Below, piece by piece: positions 25,677 to 38,500 of a DNA stretch of 64,000 nt. A program made the translations under genes and the position numbers. The notes beneath the pieces are model-generated. The model had not been told where the DNA came from and did no database searches. It saw only the letters and a program-made list of their open reading frames with translations. This DNA comes from Antedon mediterranea (taxonomy: Eukaryota > Animalia > Echinodermata), in NCBI RefSeq assembly GCF_964355755.1, contig NC_092675.1, positions 24,462,912-24,526,911 on the forward strand, given 5' to 3'. How positions within the stretch are numbered: the stretch's first letter is position 1; each line of letters begins with the position of its first letter.

Positions 25677-28484
25677 ATGACCACTCTTAATGCTACTAGA
25701 ACTATCAATAATTCTGATGGCAGGTGCCTTCTGGAGAATTGGGTAGAAGAGGTAAGATAATAGACAACAGATTACCGTTATTGAACTACTAGGCCTAGGC
25801 CTAGCGGCCGCTTTGTTGGTTGGTTGGCGGCCGCTTCGACCGTAATCCCTACCGTAATCTCTATCTAGCCTAGCTAGGCTAGATAGAGGCCTAGGTTAGG
25901 GTCATGGGCTAGGCCTAGCCTCCTTTACTTTAGGTAGGCTAGGGCCTAGGCTTATCAGATTGGCTTATCCTTGGGCCTACTAGGTTTAAAACTAGGCCTA
26001 GGCTAATAATACTAATAGCCTCGTAGTAAGTAGGAATAGGCTAGCCTAGCCTAGGCTATTCCTACTTACTACGAGGCTATTATTAGCCTAGTTTTAAACC
26101 TAGGCCCTAGGCCGCCTAGCTAGCCTAGGCCTAATTAGCTAGGCTACTAGCATACTAGGCCTAGGTCAATCTAAACTATAATAGATAGGCTAGGCCTAAA
26201 AGCCTAGCTAGCTAGCTGGGCCCTAGCCTAGCCTAGGCCTAACTAAGACTTAATTTAAAAACTCATTTATTAGAAAATTTTAGGATACAATTCCCAATGA
26301 TCATCTTTTTTGAATTTGTGCTTGCCTATATAGGCTAGGCTAGGCTAAGTATATGGATAGGCCTAAATGTTTGCTTAGCCTAGGATATCGTAATATTATT
26401 ATTATTATTTTTAACTAGGCCTAGGGCCTAGCCTAAATAAATTATTATCTATTTTTCTTATTTAAGAGATCCTGTAAAGATTTGGGGTATGAAGAAACTT
26501 CACATCAAGACAATGAAAAACCAACAACTGCAGCTTTTAAAGATGGGCACCCAGGAATCATGTCAATTAATACAAACGAAACTGAAAAATTAACAACTTG
26601 CAAAAACTCCTACCAAGAACCTCCAAAATCACAAGTTCGTACTAAAGGTAGGTCACACATTTGTTCCTCTAATTAACCTGTATTCTTTGATACCTTCCTT
26701 TTTTTGGCATATCTGAGCAATGCTGTTACTACTAGTACTACTTACTAAATATTAATGCTAATATTTTAATAATTAATATGTGTAGTCTTTGCTGTGGTTT
26801 TAGCGTTTGATTGTTTGTCATTTGAATGATAAAATATGCATTGATGTACTTGATAATGTCAACAGTTTATTATTAATAGCATTAGTAGCATTTTATGATG
26901 ATAATTTAACAAAACCACAGTACAAGTTTTATGATTTTATAATCAGCCTGTAAAGTTATTGAATCTTAAGTTGTCAATCCGCTTATGCCTTATATAAAAA
27001 GAATGGTACTGTACTATATAGAAACTCATTCACTCACAACTCAGTGCATACAATACTTATAATAATGCTACCGTTGACTGATAATTCCTTGCACAATACC
27101 TGTACATATGGTTTAACTTATTTTTTAGTTTTTGATAATATATTCATCACTGTTTGATAGGGCGGAAACGTGAGCTTTTAGAGAAGGCACTGTTTGAACA
27201 AGTAGCACAAGAAGTAAACCAGGAATTCAATCCTCCTCCTCCAGATGTAGAATATGTTTCTATTACCAAAAAAGACTTTACCGTGGAAGGTTTTCAATCG
27301 AAGGAAATACAACCTCAATTTGAGCACAATGTAGAGACAGAACAGCCAGTAACATTTTGGAGTACACACAAAAATAAAATCCATGTAAGTGATACTTGTG
27401 CATTCAAACAAAATTAATTTCAGTAGTCCTGCTTAAAAATGTTCATAGCAAATAGACAATTTCAGCAATTTTTTTTATGCAAACTTGACATTGCATTGTC
27501 AAGTTTGCATAAAAAAAATTTCTGAAATTGTCTATGTTATAATTATAACCTATGAGCCTTCAAAATAAAAGGCCACCACACTGTCTTTTATGTTTGGGAA
27601 AAACCTCGGAAGACAGACATTTTTGCTATGTGGGGAATTGATTTATTCATAATTATTTATGTGTTTGCTGGGGTTTCCCATAATTAAGGAAATTTGAATT
27701 TAAGGAAAGGCTTCCTGAAATTCTTTTATTTATCACACATTTTATAATCTATCTATTTTTTGTAAATATTCTTGCTCTTTTAATTTTTAATTGCCAAAAT
27801 GCTTGCAAAGAATTTGCCAAGGTGTGTAAATAATAGATGCCCATGCCTATCGATTTCTTAAAAATCAATATGATGATGTCACAAACGCTTATTGCAATCT
27901 TGAGTTACTGTACTGTATCATCAATAAGATATTCAACATTACCTCAGTTTATTAGCACTTCATTTATTCAACGTATTCCATATTAAACACATCAGCTACA
28001 AAAATATAATATTTACTACTACTATTCCTTTAATCTACACTCATACACCCAAGTCTCACTATTTATCTAGATTTCCTCGGCATCATAGGAAAATTCTGTA
28101 ATAATACAGCATCACATGTGTGTCATATGTATCACCTAGTACTTTCATAGACCATAAACTATAAACCTACATGATACAGGTCATTGATAGACATGAGAGA
28201 TGCTGTATTCAAGAATTTTCCTATGATACAGTGGAAATATTGTTTTATATGGAGATATAGCTCTGAGAATGTTGTGTAATATTGTACTGTATGTTATGTT
28301 ACATGTGCACATCTATATTTCAAATGATAATAAACTGATTTTTTTATTTTTTATTAATTCACAGGGTGTTACCCAAGTTAAAACTGATACACCATTCAAG
28401 AAGAACACATCGTTTAGTAAACCAATATCAGAATACACCGATGAATCTCAGCCATATGACGCTGAACGATATCCATGGATGTGA
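25677..28484 (+). CDS. SPAG8: Sperm-associated antigen 8-like ciliary microtubule inner protein, 4 exons, 199 aa
   Basis: Exons 25677-25751, 26467-26647, 27161-27384, 28365-28484 (600 nt, GT-AG, phases consistent). Motifs GRCLLENWVEER, GRKRELLE, EQPVTFWS and GVTQVKTDTPFKKNTSFSKPI match SPAG8-family motifs as I recall them. Confidence 0.82.
25788..26435. repeat. Low-complexity TAGGCCTA/TAGCCTA array with a long hairpin in SPAG8 intron 1
   Basis: Same words as 24737-25192. Perfect inverted repeat 26014-26039 / 26056-26081, plus outer ggtttaaaactagg / cctagttttaaacc. Confidence 0.9.
27453..27535. repeat. ~83-bp palindrome
   Basis: atagacaatttcagcaattttt..atgcaaacttgaca / tgtcaagtttgcat..aaaatttctgaaattgtctat. 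Confidence 0.85.
28071..28239. mobile_element. Degenerate palindromic MITE
   Basis: atcataggaaaattct..aatacagcatc / gatgctgtatt..agaattttcctatgat. Confidence 0.7.
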
Positions 28485-29850
28485 GTGTCTGTCGTAGCAA
28501 GTGTAATAAATATATTTTAATGGATTTTTCTTCATAATAATTGTACACTAATAATACCACTATTTCTGTGAGGCATGAACATAATATTTTGATGATAAAA
28601 TATAGTACATAATGGGGTGAAAATTGTTTTGTTTGAGTGGAGAACATATTTTATATCAATAAAATTATCAAAAACAATACAATTTGCCCATTTTTCATTG
28701 AAATGCCTATTTACTAATGTAATAAATATAACAGTAGGTTCGTGGTTCGGTATGACTTTCATTTACCATGCACTAAAAAAAGGTAACTCTGTCTTTACCA
28801 TGCAGTGATATTCCAAACTGTAGGCCTATAGATGGATTTAAATAATTTATTGATTTATTTAAACTTCTTTGCAGTGTGGTCTATTGAAATTAACAATTAT
28901 CCTAACACCCCTGCTGGCCAAATACGCCTTCCATAAATTGTCTAGCTTTATACGAAAATGCATATCAAAGAATAGAATTTGACCTGTACATGGTTTTTCA
29001 CTCGACTAATTGTGTCCATTTATGAATTTATAATTACGTGCTGTTAAAAGGAATGAAACTGAACGCCATTTACTGGAGTCTCATTAACATTTTTAAATAA
29101 TTTTTCAAAATTAGTTTCTAATAAAGTCTAGTTTTGCATAAATCCTGAACGTCAGATTTTCAGGGAGTAGTATGTGAATGTTTTTTTTTGCATTTGAAAA
29201 TAATACATGTACCAAAAATAGTAATTTTAAAATTAATTTCATTGTCAATTTCTGAGATTTCAGTCTTAATTGTGTTCCTAAGTACAATACATCTGCTTCA
29301 GGAGGCAATAAAGATTACATTATGATTTTGGGGTAGGTCTTTTTGACTTTCCCCTTCCCCTCCCCACATCACTGAACTACTTTTTTTCATAGTTTAACTA
29401 TTTTTATAATGTCATTGTATAATATTAATTATATAGTTGTTATGTGGAAATAAATAGAAATTGAGAAATTAATTAATGTCCAATGGATGATTTATTCTCA
29501 TTTATGCAATTCGTATGTGTATTTTTTATTCATGAACAATTATTTATATGGAAATAAATAATAAACAAATGGAGTACTGTACTCAAGTAAACTCGATTAT
29601 CTTAGATACCTGATGAGGCTATATTCTTTATACAATCAGCATATATTTATTTATTCATACACAATTATTATTTATTCATATGTACACTTCATCAATGTAA
29701 ATTATACTTTATGTAGCTCTCATATGTAGATTTTGGAATAAATTTCACCATTATTTGGTTATTAATGTCTTCACTGTTGTGAATCGTGATGAATGCTTTT
29801 GTCATTGTTTGTAACTACTGTGGAGTAGCTTTGCATCAGGATGTTGAGTA

Positions 29851-31222
29851 ATTGGTCAGATGTTTTGCCCTACTCTGACGTAATTTGTTGCGTATTTTTT
29901 CACAAGTATTACTTGCATATTTTTTCACAAGTCATAGTCATAGTCATATATACTTTATTGTCCATTTAAAAAAAACAGAAATGTGATTTGAAAACTGGCA
30001 AAATACAAAAATATAAAATACAATTTACAAAAACACACACAAAAAGTTAAGAGGCTAAAAATTGTTAAAATTAGATAAAAATTATCGGTTACATTTTACC
30101 TTTGTACTCTGGAGTTATATAAGTGTATAGCATTAGGTACAAACGAGCACCTAAACCGTTTTGTTTTGGTATTAAGTGCACGTAGTCTTATGCCAGAATT
30201 CATGAGAGCAAATTGTTTGTGAAGAGGATGTGTTTCATCATCAATGATACTTTTTACTTTTTTTAACACATTTTCTTTATACAAGGATTCAACATCAGGT
30301 AAGTGCTCTCCTACTAGTCTAATTGCTCTATTTCCTATTCGATTAAGTTTAATTTTATCTTTTTGCATTGTATTACCATAAAAACAAACATTACAAAAAA
30401 GTATTACACTGAGAATTACAGAGTTATAAAACAATTTAAGTATAGTTTTGTCAATTTGTAGGTACTTCATTTTTCTTAAAATAAACATCCTTTGGTTGGC
30501 TTTGCATGTGGCTTTATTTACATTATTTATCCAATTTAGCTTATTGTCAATTATACAACCCAGATATTTGTACTCATTTACTACTTCAATCTCATTTTCA
30601 TTTATAATCAGAGGTTCTAAGGGTTCTTTAATTTTCCTAAAATCAATTTGCATTTCTTTTGTTTTCTTTATGTTTAGTTTCAGGTTGTTATTGCAGCACC
30701 AGTGATAAAAATCACATCCTAGTTGTCTATAGCTTGTTTCATCATTGCCAGTAATGTATCCAGTGATGACTGTGTCATCTGCATATTTTACTATACAACA
30801 TTCATTTGAATTGGCTCTGAAACTGCTGGTGAACAGTGAAAACAACATTGGGGAGATAACAGACCCTTGTGGCGTGCCAATGCTAACAGTTCTTTTATCA
30901 GATAAAATACCGTTTAGTTTAACATACTGGAACCTTTTTGTTAAGAAATTATATATCCATGAAGTCAATGTGTCGTTTACGTTCATTTCTTTAAGTTTGC
31001 GTACTAATGAACCAGGTTCAACGGTATTAAAAGCACTAGAAAAATCTATATACAAACATCTTACATATGATTTAGGCACATCTAAATGTTGGTAAATATT
31101 ATGTAAGTGGAAGAGCACAGCATCTTCAACACTTCTATTACTCTGATAGGCAAATTAGTATTCTCAATGTACTTAGAATGAAGTACAAATTACGTCAAAG
31201 TAGGGCAAAACATCTGACCAAT
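29851..31222. mobile_element. 38-bp inverted repeats enclosing the LINE fragment (MITE host of a nested insertion)
   Basis: attggtcagatgttttgccctactctgacgtaatttgt (29851-29888) versus acaaattacgtcaaagtagggcaaaacatctgaccaat (31185-31222); 1 mismatch. Confidence 0.8.
29930..31156 (-). mobile_element. 5'-truncated Rex1/Babar-type non-LTR retrotransposon with intact RT C-terminal ORF
   Basis: ORF 30096-31118, extendable to FAYQSNRSVEDAV, contains YIDFSSAFNT, GTPQGSVISPMLF, KYADDT, KTKEMQIDFRK, YKYLG and SFVPNAI. 3' end is aataaa plus a (tatgac)n tail at ~29930-29960. Confidence 0.9.
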
Positions 31223-32556
31223 GAATGCTTTTAATAAATAATATTGAATTTTCAGTAACATTTTAACATGTTGCCAAATCAGGAATACAAAATACACTCA
31301 TTAACAAAGGAGACAGGAACAACCAATAATTGTTTTTTATGAGTTATTATTTATGAAAAATCACTTCAAAATCAAGGCATATTTAAGTTTTTACTTGCAT
31401 TAATACGTTTTTTTAAGTCTGTAAATGCCATATACCATATATACCATTCTATTCTGTAGCCTACTTTAGAAATAATACAATATATGAAAAATTATTCTCT
31501 ATACAAATGTTTTAATATTTTAGTTTTAAAATATATATTAATTTACTTTATTACCATCAATATTTAAAGTATCACTTAACTTTTGAATCTAATTATTTCA
31601 TTACAGCAGTAAAATAAGTTGTTGTGTTAAAATCGACTCTAATGCAAATGTATACAAATAAAAGATGTCAAATTATATTCAGTGGTACAAATATTTGGAA
31701 TATGGAATGTCTATTGATTGGGTATATGCAAATATTCATTTTAACACTTAATGAAGAAAAATGTGCTTGTTACATCCTGGTACCATTCAGTACCCAAATT
31801 GAAAGCATCTACAGTACAAAAATTCCATAAAATATGTCACAATACAGTATTTAGAAATTATTTATTTATGAATAAAATTAACATATGTTTATTACATATT
31901 ATTACTGCAAGCCATTGAAATTCTGAAAAATTCTTTATCATTCCTTGTTATTACGATATACGTGTATTTTTATAATTAAAAAAAATATATTTTTAACCCG
32001 CATGTTTAATTATATATTCTATGTTGAAATATTTCCACCACCAAACAATTTACCATTATTCTATAAAACATTGGTACAAAAATCTTTACCTAGGTAACCT
32101 TTTAAATTTATTTTCAAGAAGTGCAAGGCAACACTTTTACATATAATTATAAAAATAAGAAATATGAATAATTCCACTTTATTATACACAGTCACATACT
32201 AATAATCTAATTAATACTACTAATTATTAATAACTAATAATAAATTAATTTGCATTATTAATAGTAAAAATTAATTATTTTGTTAGTAGTGTATGATGAA
32301 TGAACTTTGATACATTAATTACACATAATTAATCAAAATTGTTATAAATTTGCACCATAATTTTGGTTAACAAAATATAATATTTGAAGAATTATAGTTA
32401 ACTAATGCAAGTCATTTCGTTTACGAGACTATGACACAATACTGTATTAACATTCTCAAGACCCTTTATACTATCGTATTTATCATAAAATGTGATATCC
32501 AGGCAAATAAGCGATATTCTAGGTGGTTTAATATAATTTATTTTCTTTCAACAACT

Positions 32557-35500
32557 TTACTTCTTAGAAAAAAATGACCGAATACTGCCAGCGATAGATG
32601 TTCTTTTATCTTTATCAGCGGGCTTCTGTAAATGAAAAGAAACCAAAAATATATAAAAATACTAGAGATTGCGATAGTAAAAATTGGAGTGAAAAAATAT
32701 TTTAATGAAAAAATTATAGAAAATGTTTATTATATAATGGTTGTAAGTACCTCTTTTACTTTTCTGACTTGAACAGGGGCAACTGGTTCCTGAAAAAGAT
32801 GCATATAAAATACTGAACACAACTGTTAAAATAATGTCATACATTCGGTCATTTGGTTGGAAAATTTCTAACACTGTTTCCTACTGTACTTAGATAAAAT
32901 ATAGTATTTCTCTCATCCTGTTACCTGTACCGGCAATTTTTAAAAAGCTGTACATACAAAGTACAAAATTCATTCCTATATGAGAACGTATGTAGTTACT
33001 GTATCATGAATTAATTAGTCCCATATACTATCACTATGTTGTAAGATTACAGTAGCTAGCTATTATACTAGTGTTATTAATGTTGAAACACCATTGAGAA
33101 AAAACCAGTGTTAATTAATCCCTGTTTATACAGATCATTCACAGATGTCAACAGACAGCAGCAACTTTATAGACAAATAAAATAAATTGAAAATGTGATG
33201 ATTATTATACAGTAGTGTGCAGTGAAGTTTCATACAGTATAATAATGAGTGATTAAAGTGGGTAGTTAATGATTGTGCAATTGAAATAAACTGAAAAAAA
33301 TATAACTTTATATAGCTAATATGACATTGACACATTCAAACTACATAAATAACACCAAGAAATCATCATGTACTACTAATAATATGATTAAAAAAAGTGT
33401 TTGTGAAAACAAAGCTGGTTATTAAGGCCAAATGCACATTACCATGCACCATCACCCCTTCCCCCACTCTCCCCAAAGAAAGAACAAAACAACAAATCTG
33501 CTTATAATGTAAGTTAATTTAGCAAGCTCAAAAATGTCTCAGCAGCTAAGTCAAGTGAACCAAAATTATTATACAAAAATGAACTTGTTTTTAAAACAAA
33601 TAAGCAGGCCATGATAACAAAAATTCTCTAAAAAAAAAAAAAAATGATGGTATTCAGAAGATACCTGTATGAATGAAATGCTGCAGAACCAAAAGCAACC
33701 TGTATGAATTAAATGCAGTTGCAAACCAAAAGCAAGCAGTTGTCAATTATTTTTGGCACCAGTCATTTTGGCCGCCGTTTATAGAACGCCTAAATTCATG
33801 ACATGCCATTCTCATTACTTCATAGCTTTACTTACCAATCTTCTAATATGGCAGGGTAATAAATACATTCTCAACTCAACTTGGTGTTAGCCAAATGAAA
33901 ATGATATTTGTCCTTTTTGGCGAATCATGAATTTGGGCGCTCCATACTTGGTGGGCAAAATGAACAGTGGCCGATATGCACTGTGACCAAGCAAGCATAC
34001 CTTTTCCCCAATAAGACTAATGTAGGAGGCTCGACTTACAGCTGTTTCACCAGACGCATTTGTAGTTTTTTCCTTAGATGTGAGACGGTTTGGCGTTCTT
34101 CTTACACTGGCTGTATCACTGCTTGCACCTTCACCAGCCATAGCATTTCTTGGGGAGAGATAGTCTTCTTGGGGCTATGTGAGGAACAAGTTATTCTTGC
34201 TTTTGCCTTTCTTTTAAAAACTACTCCAAAAAGTAGTTGTATATAGGTTTCATTGTACATTATACAAATAAAAGATGTCAAATTCAGTGGTACGAATATT
34301 TGAAAACATAGAATATTTGATATTTGATATGTAAATATTCGTACCAAATAATAACATTTATTTATTTTGTATAACACTTTTATTCAATTCTTTCAACAAC
34401 TGTGTTGTTTCACCCTGGTACAGTAAATGAATGTGCAAGACAATGACATAGAGTTTAATACAAATTTTATTTTATTTCTAAAATATAACGAGGGTGGTCC
34501 ATTCAGTCGAAGCTGATCATTATCAATGCTTATAATTGATATATGGACAATACTTTAAACCTCTCTGCTCTAAGCCCATTTTAAATGCATATTCAGTACC
34601 ACCATTTTAATGGGGCCATTAACAAATGAGAAAAAGGGTGGAAATGATTAGTCATAATAAAAAGAATAGAATTGAAATATCAATGCAAGAATCTATATGT
34701 GTCAGTTGATAGCAGGTGATGTGATTTTAATCTTTTGTAAAAAAAAAAGTGAGCTCATGATAAGGCCAGGCAAATTACAATATATGGTTCATATCAGCAA
34801 CATCTTGGTGCAGGATTTTAGTAAACTTTCCTCTTCAGATTATAATCACATGCGCAAACACATTGACTCAAGGTCAACAGGTCATAGTAATTATAAGTAT
34901 CCTGTTAGGCCAACACTTTTACTATGGATATATGAATACAAAAAGTCATTTTGTGAATAGAATGTAACATACTATCCGCTATTTTCATTTTTCCCGGTCA
35001 ATCTCAGTTGTTTTATTATATTTCTTAAAAAAACAAGAACATTTTATGATAATTTCCAATGAAATCAGTTGATGAGAACCATATAATGTACTTCCCATGG
35101 CCTAAGATTAAAATAGGATTAATTAATCATTTCACCAACATTTTTATCATGACCATCATTTTTTTTTTAACGTTTGGAAAATTTGTAAAACTTACTGCAA
35201 TTGGTTCAATTCCTTGGTAATCATCTGATTCCGATTCATTAATGATCAGCTCTGCATAATCAAAGTCATCAGATACCTGAATAAAAGTTACTATTCATTA
35301 TCAAATTTCCATACAAAATTGTTAATACTAGGCCTATAGTTGTATGGGAAATTCTGTCTCAAGAACAAATATCTAAGTTTGAGACTCTCAAATTTGTTCA
35401 AGGTTGACTGGAGGATATTGATCAAACTATTTATTACATTATAATTATATACATACACTTTCAGTACTAGTGTAATGTGGTAAAGATTTATAAAACTATA

Positions 35501-38500
35501 TGACATTTTGTTAAATTTATTATAAATTAATTAATTATAGTCTGAAATATTATATTGTAATGAAGAAAATACAGAAAAGCATACACCAATCCATTGCAGT
35601 ATTGGTTACTATTAATGGGTTACTATTACAGTATTACTACGTAGTATTAATAGGTTACTATTATTTGGTTACTAAAAATACTGTATGTTGTTTACAAAAG
35701 TACAGATTACCATTACAGTATGGTTTACCATAGAGATATTATAGTTCACTATAATATCTCTATGGGTTTACTCAGTATGGTTTACTATTACAATCAATAA
35801 AGTCGGCTCTTGAAATGATGTTTAAATCTATAGTTCATAATATATATAAATAACAGTACAAATTTGTATTTATCTTAATTAAATCATCTCCAAATGTTCA
35901 TATCTAAACCTTTTTATTCCCCAAATAGGCATCATTTCCCAGGGCCTTGCCACCTGACTCGTCAGGTTTAACCTTTTAACAGTAGGCCTATACCATTGAT
36001 TGGTTGATTGATTTATCATTAAGAATATTAATAAAATGCATCTACATTAATGCTAATAGTACAAAATACACATGACAGCCACATGACCACTTCTACCTAA
36101 ATCAATCGTTACAATCTAACTTAGTCACATGTCTATTACTAGGTTACAGTTTGGTACTGACTCCTACATATGTAATTATTAGAGTAATGTGTTATTAATT
36201 AATATTAATTAATACACACCTGTCCACATGCTTCAGTTAAGTAGTCAGAATAAGGAGATACTGGATTCTGTAAAACAAAATGCATTTCATTTGAATTAAA
36301 ACATTTAAAATAATTTTTATCTAGATTTAGTATTAAGAGTATTAATTTATTTACAGACATTCAGAATTATAAGTTAACTAAATTTTCAATGAAAAAACAA
36401 CTCAACATCCCCAATCAAAAGGACCAATCCAATACTGCGAAGTATTGTAAATCCACAAAGAAAGCCCTATTAAGCTCTGTCTACACTATCAAACTTTATG
36501 TGACAAAAAAGTTTGATGTGCCCAAATATGGTTGTGATATGCCCAAACATGGAAGTGATATGACATCATCATGTCCATATATGGGCACATCACATTTTTT
36601 TGTCACGTAAAGTTTGATAGTGTAGACAAGGCTTTACAAGCAAAATTAAGGTACAGATATATTATAACCTGTGTATCTTGCGATGTAATTAATTAACTAT
36701 TTATTATAATAAATTATTTATCTGCTTTGTTAATGGAATTGTATTTGTATGTCTTTCTATAATCTAAAAAAGAAAAAATTGTTAACCATAATTGTTGTAA
36801 CTTTTGGAATTTTCCTCTATTATATATGCATGCATTTCTTTAATCATGGACCATTTGTAAGAACATTATTTAAATGAAAATGTCATCCATGTAAAATAAG
36901 TTTATAAATAAATAAATAAATTATACAGTAGATGTGTACCAATACCTTTTGGTAGTATGCAACCATCTCATTTAGTGTTTTAAATACTGGTAGCTCCCCA
37001 ACCACAACATACTTGCCATTGCGTAATTGATCAATCATAAAATGCTTAATTTTTGATGGTGTCCTAAAAGAAAAACATTTTTTCCTTATTAACATGTACA
37101 CTGTAAAATCACTGCAACACTTCATGACGGAAATGTACATAGGTAGTCTAGCATACGATGACATACGATAGGTGTGTAGGCCTATATACAGGAACATATT
37201 TTTAATATTATAGTAGTGTAACCACTCACAATTATACAACAAACAAGAAATATGTACAACATTTACATAAAAAGAACTTATAATCAAAATATTCAAATTG
37301 AAATGTCAAATTGAACCTAAAGGAATTCATTCTCAAACCATGGAGGTATATACCTCCATGCTCAAACACACGCAATGTGAATACCACTAATTACATAATA
37401 TTGCCTACCATTAAGAAGTTAATAGTGAGAAATACAGAAACAATGTTGATACTGAAATATATGATATAAATTTTTAATATTGTTTGGAATCTGGTATAAT
37501 TCGACTCAAACCTTTTCTTAAGGCTACAAACTACATTGTGATCTGATTCATAAAACTGATACACAAAACTTACTTAATTGACATCGAATAACCAAAGCGA
37601 CTTTCACTAACACGTATCAAGAAACATCCAATTGTTTTATTTTCCAGTAATTGCTCAGATGCTCTGAAAATGGAAAATCAATACATTTAAAACAATGAAC
37701 CATCAGAGTAGTATTCGAAAATCATGTTCATCCAACAATACTGTGTATGTGTCTTTAGCCGAAAAGAGTAAGTGATTGCTACTGGCAGCGAAAGGTCTGT
37801 GGGTCCTCAGTTACAACCTCTACATTTGATATGTCCCTTTCAATTAAATGAGGCCAATATTTCATAAAGTGACAACTGAGTGAAGTGAATCTAATAATGT
37901 AATGACTCAATTAAATATTAGCGATGGTAGACAAAGAATGAATATTAAATCAAGCATACATTCCCAATAATGAATTTTTTTAATTACTGTACAGAATCTC
38001 AGTTATTCTGCTGTGATTTGACAAAGGGTAATAAATCTTACTTTACATATTACTTTATGGAAGTGATCATAATTGAAATAAATGAAATTATAAAAATAAC
38101 CAAAAAATCAAGGGTCATAACTTTATGACTATGATGATAAGGACTTTACATTTAATAATGTCTTGATAATTTCACAAAACTTATTCTTATCTATTTTCCC
38201 TTTCACACCCATATGCTATACAGTGTATGATATAGTTGTTTTACAACAATTAGTAGATTGTGTTAGGAAAAAAAGAAAATTCAAAAATTGAATCTATTTT
38301 ACAGTAGGCCTATATAAACTTTTACACATGCACAGTATATAAAGATAGGCCTACCCACCTCCTCGTAATGATACCATGAAACCAAGGCGCAAACTGTCCA
38401 TCTGATGTCTGTCTAACTTGGTCTGTCTGTGTCTGTTGAAACCAACGTACAGATGCTGCCCGTGTTCCCTTTTCGCCAAACTTTCCAACCTCTTTTGTAC

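Noticed and set aside
29609-29635. ctgatgag hammerhead-like core
   Set aside because: No stem II or downstream GAAA.
34800-34900. Possible extra myosin tail exon (DTYNYYDLL...)
   Set aside because: Reads into a stop without a convincing donor; the 35196 to 34174 junction is already in phase. It could only be an alternative terminal exon, which is unsupported.
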